Positions 28,276 through 40,476 of a stretch of DNA of 64,000 bases are shown one piece after another (the stretch's first letter is position 1; the number at the start of each line of letters is the position of its first letter). The position numbers and the translations under genes are program-made. Source of the DNA: Eledone cirrhosa (Eukaryota); the NCBI GenBank assembly GCA_964016885.1, contig OZ024760.1:20956001-21020000 (forward strand), given 5' to 3'. The notes beneath the pieces were generated by a model. The model ran no database searches and was not told where the DNA came from. It saw only the letters and a program-made list of their open reading frames with translations.

Positions 28276-29439
28276 TATATAATGTCACCTAGTTTTCTGA
28301 TATTGCAATACATTTTTCATAAGGACCATTGCTAGTAAAATAAAATTAAAGGAATAAACTCTTGCTACCTCCTCACCCTAAACTTCTGAGCTAGATAGTA
28401 TAAATTACATTGGGAAAAATATATAATTTGGTCAGGAATGGGTTAAACATAACAGATTGATTGCCAATACTCCAGCCTACCCCACCCCACACTGCTCCAC
28501 CCTACTGTCATACCCCACCCAACATTAGCTGTACTATATAACATTACTCCAGTTTAGATTGTAAGCAGTGAAATAGCTCCAACCCAGGCAAAACATGATC
28601 AAAACAAATTTTTTTTTTTTCAAGATGCTGATGATGATAGTGATGATGTTGGGAACATGCTGTCATCATCATCATCATCATCATTTTACGGGCACTTTCC
28701 CCTGCTTGCAAGGGTGTATATAGAAAAACAAATATATATATATAGAGGTTGTAGCACTATTTATTACCTCTAACACCACCACCACCTCCACCACAAAACC
28801 CTCCCCCAAGGCCACTAAGACACACATGAAATAAAATAGGTCATCATCAGGTGGGATGTTTGAAAGTATGTTAGGGAAAGTTTGTTGGTTACCCACAACC
28901 ACCACATCTACCACCACTGTCACAACCTCCACCACAACCACCACAAATCTCACCATTAACACCACCAGTGACACCACCACCACCACCACTGACACCACCA
29001 CAAACAACACCACAACGAAACACACCAACACCACCACCCTCAAAACCATCATCACCACCACCAGACCCATCACCTTCACAACGGCTACAACAACCACCCC
29101 CACTCCACCACCAGCCCCACCGCCATCACCCCCATACAACACCCCCACCACCATCGCCCCCACTCCACCACCATCCCTCCATATCACCCACCACCACCTC
29201 CGGCCCCCCCATACCACACTCACCCCTCCCCATTCCCATCCCACCCCCAGCCACATACCACACCACCACCCCCCATATCACCCACCCCCACCCTCACTGG
29301 CCTACATTATCACAATCTACCACCACACAGATGAAGCCTTGTTTTACTAAGAAACAAAGTGTTGGAGGGAGTTTTTCTTTAAGAATCAAGAAACAAAAGC
29401 ATTTCACAAATAAGATTGTGGCCCCTATTATACCACACA

Positions 29440-29496
<57 letters not shown>

Positions 29497-29922
29497 TATA
29501 TACACACACACACATCACACACAAATATATATACAAACAACACACATATATATATATACACATATATACATACACATATACACACATATATATATACAAA
29601 CACAACACATATATACACACACACATCACACACATATACACACACACATCACACACATATATATATACAAACACAACACACACATATATATATACAAACA
29701 CAACACACACATCGCACACATATACACATACACACACATCGCACACATATACACACATATACATACACACACACATCACACAAATATATATACAAACACA
29801 AAACACACACACACACACACTGAAAACAACAATATTTCTCTATTCTTTAAGTGAAACATGAGGTTTGTTCTGGTGGTGATAACAATACCCACACCCAGTT
29901 AACCCTTTCATTACCATATTCC

Positions 29923-30308
29923 ATGGAGGCACATGGCTTAGTGGTTAGAGCATTGGGCTGGCAATCGAAAGGTTGTGAGTTCAATTCTCAGACCGGGTGA
30001 TGTGTTGTTTCCTTGAGCAAGACACTTTATTTCACATTGCTCCAGTTTACTCAGCTGTAGAAATGAGATGATAGGGACTGGGGTCCCTATCATTCCACTG
30101 CAAAGTGGTCGTGGGGGTGCCACGGCAAAAAAGCACCCAGGCCACACTGCAAAGTGGTCGTGGAGGTGCCACGGCAAAAAAGCCTCCAGCACTCACTGTA
30201 AATGAGGTTGGTGTTAGGAAGGGCATCCAGCTGTAGAAATCAAGCCAGAATCAATTCCCGTCCCACCCTTGCAAGCAGGGAAAATACGGACGTAAAATGA
30301 TGATGATG
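29923..30308 (+). mobile_element. SINE family A, full length
   Basis: Runs from the tggaggcacatggcttagtgg head to the (tga)n tail. Confidence 0.92.
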
Positions 30309-30473
30309 AATATTATTATTCACTCACAAATACATTTAAGTATCCACCATATTAGAGCGAAAACAAATTTTGTTCTTAATTTTCGGCAAAGCCAGCCGTA
30401 AAATCGGTCGGTATGCAAATTAGACTAATCAACCTATGTATACCCTTGAGAATAATATGTATTCTCAGCAGTT

Positions 30474-30562
30474 CCAGAAGGTAACAGAGACGAGGATACA
30501 GTCTTGATAAGGAACAATAAGTCTGAAACAATTGTCGACTATTTTATCTCTGCTACCACTGG
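30474..30562 (+). ncRNA. Decayed type I hammerhead ribozyme motif
   Basis: agtc-TTGATAA-ggaacaataagtct-GAAAC-aatt-GTC-gact; palindromic stem III ACAATTGT; extended stem I ggtaacagaga/tctctgctacc; two core substitutions. Confidence 0.6.
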
Positions 30563-30964
30563 AACAAAAGGATGACGTCACTCATGGTGTTATGAGGCTG
30601 TTTGCTTGTAAATGAACCAAATATTAATAATATTGTTATAATATTATTCTTATTCACTCACAAATACATAAAAGTTTTCTTCTCATTATTAAGCTGGTAT
30701 TTGGAACATAACTTAACAAAGGTTCTTACATATTTCTGTATCACAGAACCAGGAATGGTTTCAGACAGGTTGATGTGAAAAGGGTTTTAAATGCAGGGCT
30801 TGTGAAAAATTGAAACATTAACCTCAGATTTATGGGAAGTCTTTCGGAAAAGTGCCATGAGCAGAATTGTAAGGGCATTGGACAAGATGCCCTGCAGTAT
30901 TTATTCCAGATCTTTAAATTCTTAGTTGAAACCTTGCTGAGGTCAATTTTGGTATTATCATTCA

Positions 30965-31242
30965 AGGAGGCGTGTGACCTAGTGGCAAGGGTATTGGACT
31001 TGTGATTATAATGTCATGGGTTAGATTCCTGGGCTGTGTGTTGTGTTCTTGAGCAAGACACTTCATTTCACGTTGCTCCAGTATACTCAGCTGAAAATGA
31101 GTACCAGTAATAGCTGGAGGTTTAACCCTGCGATGGACTGGCATCCTGTCCAGGGGGAAGTCTTGTACTCTCAGTCGCTTCATGCCATGAAACCAAGATA
31201 AGCATCAGCCTAACAAGCCTTAAATGGCTTAAGACAGACTTT
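30965..31242 (+). mobile_element. tRNA/CORE SINE family C with cctgcgatggactggcatcctgtccagggg domain
   Basis: tRNA head, CORE-like segment and a distinct 3' domain; relatives at 21917-22105, 31260-31497 (-), 33680-33852 (-) and 45494-47070. Confidence 0.8.
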
Positions 31243-32079
31243 AAACATTCTGTCTCATTAGGCTTGTGTTTATCTCAATTGCCTCAGAGTTAAGTGACCA
31301 ATGTAAAGACTCCCCCTGGACAGGACACCATTTAATTCCCAGCTACTGCCGGTACCCATTTTCAGCTGAGTGTACTGAGTCACCATGAAACGAAGTGTTT
31401 TACTTAAGGACACAACACACAATCCAGTCGAGGAACCAAACCCATGATGTCATGATTGTAAGTCCAACACCTTAACCACTAGGCCATGAGCCTTCACAAA
31501 CTTGACTTTTAACATCCTGTAGTGATTTAGAAGACAATATTTCCTGTTTCCTTGGTATTCAACTTCCAATAGTAGTAGATTCCCACTGGACAGGACACCA
31601 GTCCATCACAAGGTTAAACCCTAAGCTTGTACCCATTTCAGCTGAATGTACTGGTGCAACGTAAAATGAAGTGTTTTGCTCAAGACCACAACACAACCCA
31701 ATCCAGAAATTTAACATCTTTAGTAAAAAATAGCAAAAATGAATTTGTTAATTCAAATATTTGAACAGAATTGATGGGAAGGATTTTAATATTTAATGTG
31801 ATGCTGTCAAAATTCTATTTTATATTTTTTCGAGAATTCAGACATTAATGAATGAAACTAATACACGGACACTTAATTTGTTGCCATAGTTAATCTTAAC
31901 ACCACTGGCAGCTGGTGGATGTTTTCAGCAAAGTCCACTTGGTTGGCAAACATATAGATGTTATTTAATGAAAATTGGTACACAGAAACTTCATTTGTTA
32001 CCTTGTTTAACTATAACACCACCAGCTGCTTCTTGGATTCTTTTAGTAGATAGTTGTAAACATTTGAACTAGGAGACTT

Positions 32080-32398
32080 CTCTGTCACATTTGGACTAGG
32101 AGACTTCTCTGTCACAATATTTGAACTAGAAGTCCTCTCTGTCACAATATTTGAACTAGAAGTCCTCTCTGTCACAACATTTGAACTAGGAGACCTCTGT
32201 CAACATTTGAACTAGAAGTCCTCTCTGTCACAACATTTGAACTAGAAGTCCTCTCTGTCACAATATTTGAACTAGAAGTCCTCTCTGTCACAATATTTGA
32301 ACTAGAAGTCCTCTCTGTCACAATATTTGAACTAGGAGACCTCTGTCAACATTTGAACTAGAAGTCCTCTGTCACAATATTTGAACTAGGAGAACTCT
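32080..32398. repeat. About 30-bp minisatellite (atttgaactagaagtcctctctgtcacaat), split by an RTE insertion
   Basis: Related units resume at 33139-33222. Confidence 0.9.
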
Positions 32399-32400
32399 CT

Positions 32401-33138
32401 CATCATCATCATCATCATCATCACCGTTTTACGCCCGTTCTTCCACGCTAGCATGGGTTAGACGGGTTGTCCTGTTGTGGGCAGTGTCTGGCCGGCTGAC
32501 CATGCCTTGCTCATACAGGAACTGATTTGGCTTGATTTCTACAGCTGGATGCCCTTCCTAACACCAACCTCATTTACAGTGGGTGCTGGGTGCTTTTTTC
32601 CCGTGGCACCTACACATCCACTTTACAGTGTGGGCTGGGTGCTTTTTTGCCGTGGCACCTCCACGACCACCTTGCGGTGGGGGGTGTGGGGGCATATTGT
32701 CTATATGCTTCAGCTTGTACCCATGGGAGGTCGGGTACTCTGTATTACTGCGTGACGCCAGAGGTCACGGTCGTGTGTCATTGCCTTTGAGAGGTGTAAT
32801 TGGGTAAGGTTGGCTTTTATCACCTCATCCCAGGTGATCTTGGGTCTCCCCACTCCGCGGTTTCCATCGACTTCTAGTGCTCTGCACCTTTTTATGCAAC
32901 TGTCATCCTTCATACGCATCACATGTCCATACCAGCGCAACCGCCTCTCCTGCACACAGCATTTGATTCCTCTTATGCTCAGTCTCTCTCTCAATTCATT
33001 TATGCTTTGTCGTTCGCGTATATTACTGTTACACATCCATCGGAGCATGCAGGCTTCGTTTCTCTCTAATCTACGTAAGTCTTCTACCTTCAGTGCCCAG
33101 GTCTCACTACCTTGCAACATCGCTGTTCGGATACACGC
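32401..33138 (-). mobile_element. 5'-truncated RTE-clade LINE
   Basis: ORF 32710-33180: GSETWAL...RLERNEACMLRWMC...RRLRWYGHVMRM...GRPKITW; (GAT)n tail. Confidence 0.93.
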
Positions 33139-34271
33139 ATTTGAACTAGTAAAGTATGATGTCCTCTCTGTCACAAACATTTGGACCAGTGGAGTCAGAA
33201 GTCCTCAATGTCACAAACATTTATTGACAATCAATTTATAGAGATGTGTGGGAGGGTCAGCCAGTTTATAAAAATGTGGGGGGAGAATCAATTTATAGAG
33301 ATACAGGGAACAGGAGCAATATAATTTGTAGAGATGGGGGAAGTATTCATTTTATTGAGATACATGGGGAGCAGTGAAATGGGGGGGGGGGGTGCAGGAG
33401 CAGTGAGTTTATTGAGATGTGGGGGGAAGGAGTAGTCAGATTACTGAGATGGGGGAGAGGAGCAGTGAGTTTATTGAGATGAAACAACAGATAAGCAAAT
33501 GAAACATTTCAGAACAAGTGAGAAGAAAAACAGAAAATAAAACCTCAAGATTTTCAAAAATATTTTCCTAAGTTCAAAGTAGCAAGATAAGTTAGTTTAG
33601 TAAGTTGTTGTGTTTATATCTACAGCTGCCTCACTGACATAGCACTTGGTATCTACTACGCACAACCATACAAGCATGAGCTGAAAACCCTAACCACTAA
33701 GCCAAACACCTTCCCTGCACCCTACTATCATCATATAAAAAAACAAAAGTCTAAAGTCTGTCTAGAGCCGGGAGTTTCATCAGGCTGGTGCTTATCCAGG
33801 TTTCTGTGGTGTAAAGCGACTGACAGTAAAAGAGTTCCCCTGGACAGGACGCTTGACACAGGGTGCCTTTTATCGTGGCATTAGCACAGTATATATCACA
33901 ATAAAATGCAAGTGTCATGTGACAGCCACTTTGTACTCAATTTGCTTGGAAAATAGTAGTTTGATATCTTCCTCCCTACCTCTCTCTCTCTCACAGCAGT
34001 GTTGACAAGATGGTCAGTAGTTGAACAACATCTATCTATAGCTACCTACCGATGTATCTATCTTTGGAAAATAAATACATCTATCTAACTGCCCATCTGT
34101 CAATCTATATACCTATTTATCTGGTTATATATCTCCATCTCTCTATATATATTTATATTATAAAAAAGAAGAGACGATATCACATATATATCTTCAGTTG
34201 ATTACATCACAGTCAGTCAATTGTTTGATTAACCAACACTGATTACTTTAAATTATATTTATATATATATA

Positions 34272-34762
34272 AACCTGGGATGACTTGATAAATTCCGACC
34301 TCACACACTTACACCTCTCCAAGACAATGTCACTGGACCGAGATCTTTGGCGCTACACAGTAATACAGAAGACCCGCCTTGCCTAAGTACAAAGCGAAAC
34401 CTACAGTCAGTAGGCACCTCTAACAAAAATACACCCCCGTCCCACCACCCCCACCCCTTTCGATGTAAAGTTATGTTGGTACCACAACATCCAGTCCGAA
34501 ATAAATGAGGTCGTGTAGGTGTCACGACAAAAAAAAAACAGTCCACGCTGTAATGTGGCCGTGTAGGTAACACGGTAAAAACCTCCCAGTCCACACTGTA
34601 AACGTGGTTGGTGTTAGGAAGGGCATCCAGCCGTAGAAACCCCGCCAGACAGTCCTATCCGAGCAAGACAACCAATCTTGCCTCAAGTGGGAAAATTCCC
34701 GTCCAAACCCATGCAAGCGTGGAACATGGACGTTAAACGATAATGATGATGATGATGATGAT
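34272..34762 (+). mobile_element. RTE 3' fragment with (GAT)n tail
   Basis: Matches 18978-19596. Confidence 0.88.
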
Positions 34763-35392
34763 GTGTGACACTTTGGCCGTCTTCTGGTGGCTGCCAACTC
34801 GTTTTCGAGTACGGCCACTACTTTATATCCATCTAGGAGAACCCCTACCGATGCGCTGAACGAGTGTGGCTTTTTAGTCCAGCCAGCGACTTGAAAACTC
34901 TGGTACAAACACTACACTTGTGACAATTATTGACACATAGTGCTGGGCCCATGGTACCATGTGATGACAAGTGCAGAGAGATATCCAGATATAAAGCAAT
35001 ACCTGTGCCGTGAAGCTTTTATAGTGAGCAAAGGCACTGCACAAAGCCAGTCCCACTCTCTTAACCAAGATGATATTTACCAAAAAGAAGAACAAGTCAA
35101 CATCATTGGATACCATCAGAGTTGCAGGTGTTATATCAGAGTTTTCCTTCTCCTAGAATTCTGCCTTGACAAAGGCTAAGGGGTCATCCCTCCCGGTGAT
35201 TTTGGATGGCCATTGACTCTTAAGAGCTCCTTTGCCCTTTGACAGGTTTTGTTTTTAGTCCTGCAAGATGTCCAAAGTCACCCTCCTCACCAAGAAACCT
35301 TGGTGGGGTTGCCAGTTTAGTCGCCAATGACCCGACCATGGGACAAGTTGTACTGGAATACATGTTACCAGTAGCAGCAACTGGTGACCTGA
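34763..35392 (-). mobile_element. Non-autonomous RTE derivative: 5'-UTR-like body joined to a 22-nt RTE 3' tip
   Basis: Body shared with 6081-6491; tip gtgtgacactttggccgtctt shared with the RTE end at 40477-40497. Confidence 0.6.
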
Positions 35393-35544
35393 CAAATGAT
35401 ATACATGTGTATATACATGTGTATATATGTGTGTTTGTGTGTATAATCCTATTTACAACTGCCAGCCCATGGAGTCTGTAGAGCACTCTGTTGGTATCAC
35501 TGGAGTTTCATTCTTTCTCACAACACACATATTCAGATGAACTC

Positions 35545-36022
35545 CCACCACCACTGTCACTACTGCTGTGACTACTACTACTACCACCACGACCACTGCT
35601 GCTATTACTACTACCACCACCACGACCACTGCTGTGACTACTACTACCACCACCAAGACTACTGCTGTGACTACTACTACCACCACCTCCACCACTGCTG
35701 CTATTACTACTACTACCACCACCACCACTGCTGCTGCTATTACTACTACCACCACCACCACTGCTGCTGCTGTGACTACTACTACTACCACCACCACCAC
35801 CACTGCTGTGACTACTACTACCACCACTGCTATTACTACTACCACCACCACTGCTATTACTACTACCACCACCACTGCTATTACTACTACCACCACCACT
35901 GCTATTACTACTACCACCACCACCACCACCACCTCCACCACTATGACTACTACCACCACCTCCTCCACCACTGCTACTGTGACTACTACCACCACCACCA
36001 CTAGTACTACTACTACTACCAA
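35545..36022. repeat. (ACC/ACT/GCT)n trinucleotide simple repeat
   Basis: Visible; explains the poly-T, poly-V and poly-GS ORFs. Confidence 0.95.
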
Positions 36023-36261
36023 TACTATATTTCATAGTTAAGATGTGATGTTAATACTTGACATTTAAGTTAGTGTTAATATATTTAATTCATGGACTAT
36101 AGAAATGTTAACTATATATGTGTGTGTGTGTGGATATATACATATGTGTGTATGTGTGTGTATATATATATGTGTGTGTGTGTGTGAATGTGATGGGGGA
36201 CAACTAAAACAATGTAAATGGATAACTAATAATTATATTCATTTTATCAGGTGAAGTACTA

Positions 36262-36680
36262 GATACATCTCCAGACATGTTTTAGCCTTATTATGATCTC
36301 TTCAGCAAAGTGTAGCCTCCATTATACATGCTGAAGTAGTAATAACTGAATTATTAAGTAACAAAGACTAAATAACCTAAGTTAATGTTAACATTCTGAA
36401 TGAAAGGAGAATGAATAAAGTTACCTCAAAATAAATTTTCAAAATAGTCATTGATTAATGGCATTTCAATTTTTCTAATACAAGTATGGGAGACAACTCC
36501 AGGCATATTTCAGTCATAGTCTGGCCTCATCAGCAAAGCATAGCCAAGCCTGTGCTGTAGCTGTCAAAGTAGTAACAAATGTATTATCACTAGGTAAAAC
36601 TGTACAAGGCTGTATGTACATTTGTTGATGTAAGAGACATATTTCAATCTTATTCTGACCTCATCAGCAAAGCATAGCCA
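36262..36680 (-). ncRNA. Three related, decayed minimal hammerhead motifs
   Basis: Minus strand: ctttg-CTGAAGA..AAAAC-at-GTC (36274-36305), ctttg-CTGATGA..GAAAT-at-GCC (36502-36533), ctttg-CTGATGA-ggtc-agaataa-gatt-GAAAT-at-GTC (36636-36667). Confidence 0.55.
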
Positions 36681-37123
36681 AGCCTGTGCTGTAGCTGTCA
36701 AAATAGCTGTACAAGACTGTAATTACATTTGTTGATGTATGAAGATAGGATTGTTTAAAGTTTGAAATATTTCCAGGACCTCGATGCCATCAACATAAAT
36801 AGTTAAAGTTAGTATTAACATAGCACCAACTACTTTTGATCAGATTAATCCAACAATGGTGCCTTTTACATCGTGTGTGTGTGTGTGTGTGGGTGTGTGT
36901 GTGTGGGTGTGGTTGCGTGTGTGTGTGATGTTTACTTGAACTGCCCAGAAAAGTTGATTGGATCTGTTATAGTTTACAACCAGTAATAAATAACACAGAC
37001 AATAATAAATCTTGATAACTTTCATAAGTAGAGTAAAGAATTCCCCCTCTTCCAAACTTCAGTCACACTTAAACAGTTAAGTTTACAGCTATGGAATACC
37101 AACTATGTGATCAACAGATAAAG

Positions 37124-37688
37124 TTAACCCTTTTATTACCATATTTCTAATGAAAGACACTGTCTATATCATTAACCCTTTCATTACCATATTTCTAATG
37201 AAAGACACTGTCTATATCATTAACCCTTTCATTACCATATTTCTAATGAAAGACACTGTCTATGTCATTAACCCTTTCATTACCATATTTCTAATGAAAG
37301 ACACTGTCTATATCATTCACCCTTTCATTACCATATTTCTAATGAAAGACACTGTCTATATCATTCACCCTTTCATTACCATATTTCTAATGCAAGACAC
37401 TGTCTATATCATTAACCCTTTCATTACCATATTTCTAATGAAAGACACTGTCTATATCATTCACCCTTTCATTACCATATTTCTAATGAAAGACACTGTC
37501 TATATCATTCACCCTTTCATTACCATATTTCTAATGCAAGACACTGTCTATATCATTAACCCTTTCATTACCATATTTCTAATGAAAGACACTGTCTATA
37601 TCATTAACCCTTTCATTACCATATTTCTAATGAAAGACACTGTCTATATCATTAACTCTTTCATTACCATATTTCTAATGAAAGACAC
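37124..37688 (+). repeat. 48-bp minisatellite (about 12 copies) made of TTAA plus the MITE terminus
   Basis: ttaaccctttcattaccatatttctaatgaaagacactgtctatatca repeated. Confidence 0.97.
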
Positions 37689-37989
37689 AGTAACTGGGAT
37701 TTTAACCCTGTGATGGACTGATGTCCTGTCGAATCGAATGCCCAGTACTCTCAGTTGCTTAATGCCAAAGAAACTAGGTTAAGCATTGGGGCTTGAGACA
37801 GACTTTAGACTTAGAATACTTTCATTACCATATTTCCATTGAAAAACAATGCCTATTATTTCCAAATAATCAAGAATTTGAAAGGATTTAGTACTAACTT
37901 TCTCATTATCAAACAGGTGTTTGGAACATAGCTTAACAAAGGTTCTTACATAAATTATGATGGAAGGTTTTTAGACAAATATAAACACT

Positions 37990-38232
37990 TTAACCCTTTC
38001 ACTACAACATTTCTATTGAAATATACTGCCTATTATTTTCAAATAATAAAGAATTTAGAGGGATTTAGTAAAATAACTAACTTTTTTGTTATCAAACAGA
38101 TGTTTGGAACATAACTTAACAAAGGTTCTTACATAAAATTATGATGGAAGGTTTTTAGATAAATGTAAACATTTTAAAATAAACATCTCAGGATTGTAGA
38201 ACCAGTGTCAAGTGGTTTGGTATAAGTGTTAA
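37990..38232 (+). mobile_element. piggyBac-like MITE family 1 (about 250 bp; related copies at about 27-218, 270-390, 4490-4720, 24760-24950, 25430-25692, 37818-37990, 57695-57785)
   Basis: Begins ttaaccctttc; family copies end in (aaag)ggttaa-like termini; shared body aataatcaagaattt...ggaacataacttaacaaaggttcttacataaaattatgatggaaggttttagataaat. Confidence 0.65.
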
Positions 38233-38440
38233 ACGCACAAACAAAGGTGAAAATATATTCTTGGAAAACTAGTGATGGGAAAAAATAAGTACAAAACTAT
38301 TACAAATTGAAATAAATTATTTTGTGGTAAGAAAGAAAAAGAAATTGTCTTTCTCACCACAAAGTAATTTATTCCAACTGGATGAAATTTCTTTATAGTT
38401 TTGTCTTTCATCCTTATGGGCTCGGTAAATTAAAGTACAA

Positions 38441-38630
38441 TAATTGTTTCTACTTTAGGCACAAGGCCAGCAATTACCCAGTGCATTACTGGTACTTTAT
38501 TTTATCGACCCCGTAAGGATGAAAGGCAAAGTCAACCTCGGCGGGATTTGAACTCAGATCGTAAAGGGACGTAACTATGCTGGAAAGCATGGCGTCCGAC
38601 CCTCCACTGATACTGCCAATCCACCGCCCT
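38441..38630 (-). mobile_element. SINE family B, full length, with apparent TSD taaattaaagtacaataat
   Basis: aaattaaagtacaataat flanks both sides (about 38427 and about 38632). Confidence 0.9.
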
Positions 38631-39139
38631 TAAATTAAAGTACAATAATGCACTGGAGTTGATTTAATTAATTTTCCACTCTCCCAAAATTCTTATTGTT
38701 TTCTGTGGATTGGCAGTATCAGTAGAACATTGGACAACATGCTTTACGGTATATAGTTTTGTCTTTCATCCTTACGGGGTCAATAAAATAAAGTACCAGT
38801 AATGCACTAGGATCACTCAATGGAGCGGAGCTACAAACTCAATGCATTTGAAGGAGATTCCTGAGAGCCACTCACAGGAACATAGCCACATTTCTCAATA
38901 GAGCTGAGTGAGACTCCAGAGTCACTGAGTTGAGGAGAGCTATCAATACAGTTGATTGAGATTTCAGAGTTAATTAGAGGAAAGCTATACACTCGAGTTG
39001 AGTGAAACTGGAGAGTAACTCAATGTTCCATCAATAGCTATCTTTATATAAAGAAACAATCAAGTCGTGCAGTTACTAAATATAATATATTGATGTAGAA
39101 ATACAGATGGAAATTAAACACGCAATCACTAGATGAATC

Positions 39140-39790
39140 AGTGTGTTGGTGTGTGTGTGTGTGTTGGTGTATGTGTGTTGGTGTGTGTGTGTGTGTGTGT
39201 GTTGGTGTGTGTGTGTGTTGGTGTGTGTGTGTGTGTTGGTGTGTGTGTGTGTGTTGGTGTGTGTGTGTGTGTTGGTGTGTGTGTGTGTGTGTTGGGGTGT
39301 GTGTGTGTTGGGGTGTGTGTGTGTGTGTGTTGGGGTGTGTGTGTGTGTTGGGGTGTGTGTGTGTGTTGGTATGTGTGTGTGTGTTGGTATGTGTGTGTTG
39401 GTATGTGTGTGTGTGTTGGTGCGTGTGTTGGTATGTGTGTGTTGGTATGTGTGTGTGTGTTGGTGCGTGTGTGTGTGTTGGTGTGTGTGTTGGTGTGTGT
39501 GTGTGTTGGTGTGTGTATGTGTGTGTTGGTGTGTGTGTGTGTTGGTGTGTGTTGGTGTGTGGCAGTGTGTGTGGGTGTGTGTGCATGTGTGTGTTTGTGA
39601 CTTAGTGTGTGTGTTTGCTTTTGTATGTGTGTATATCTCTGTATATGTGGGTGTGTTTGTATGTTTTATGTGTCTGTCTGTGTGAGTGTGTGTGTACATG
39701 TGTACGTGTGTATGTGTACATGAATGTGAGTGTCTGTATGTACATGTCCATGAATCTATATAGCTGTATGTATGTGTGTGTGTATATCAA
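39140..39790. repeat. (GT)n/ttggt compound microsatellite
   Basis: Visible. Confidence 0.95.
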
Positions 39791-39977
39791 CATATAACTA
39801 TCTAATTAGTACATCTCATTACAATATGCTAATCAATAATGATAAAACTAATTTATTTAGCATCATTAACAGAAAACATATTTTATATCCTATCTTCACT
39901 TCGGTACAGTCATGGCTGAGTGGTTAGATAGTTTGCTTCACAACCACATGGATTCAGGTTCAGTCACACTGTGTGAC

Positions 39978-40476
39978 AACTTGATAAATTCCGACCTCAC
40001 ACGCTTACACCTCTCCAAGACAATGTCACTGGACCGAGATCTTTGGCGCTACACCGTAATAGAGAAGACTCGCCTTACCTAAGTACAAAGTGAAACCTAC
40101 TACAGTCAGGAGGCACCTCTAACAAAATACACCCCCGTCCCACGACCCCCACCCCATCCACACCACCCCTTTCAATGTAAAGTTATGTTGGTACCACAAC
40201 ATCCAGGCCGAAACAAATGAGGTCGTGTAGGTGTCACGACAAAAAAACACACAGTCCACGCTGTAATGTGGCCGTGTAGGTAACACGGTAAAAACCTCCC
40301 AGTTCCACACTGTAAACGTGGTTGGTGTTAGGAAGGGCATCCAGCTGTAGAAACCCCGCCAGACAGTCCTATGCGAGCAAGACAACCAATCTTGCCTCAA
40401 GTGGGAAAACTCCCGTCCAAACCCATGCAAGCGTGGAACATGGACGTTAAACGATGATGATGATGATGATGATGAT
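39978..40476 (+). mobile_element. RTE 3' fragment with (GAT)n tail
   Basis: Near-identical to 34283-34762. Confidence 0.88.

Noticed and set aside
28856-29350. Mucin/extensin-like Thr/Pro-rich ORF (likewise 35568-36041 and 11202-11909)
   Set aside because: Low-complexity ACC/CCC repeats with no supporting splice or domain evidence.
37124-37688. CRISPR-like array (palindromic repeats)
   Set aside because: There are no unique spacers or cas genes, the context is eukaryotic, and the unit is a MITE terminus. The same lack of spacers applies to the other minisatellites.
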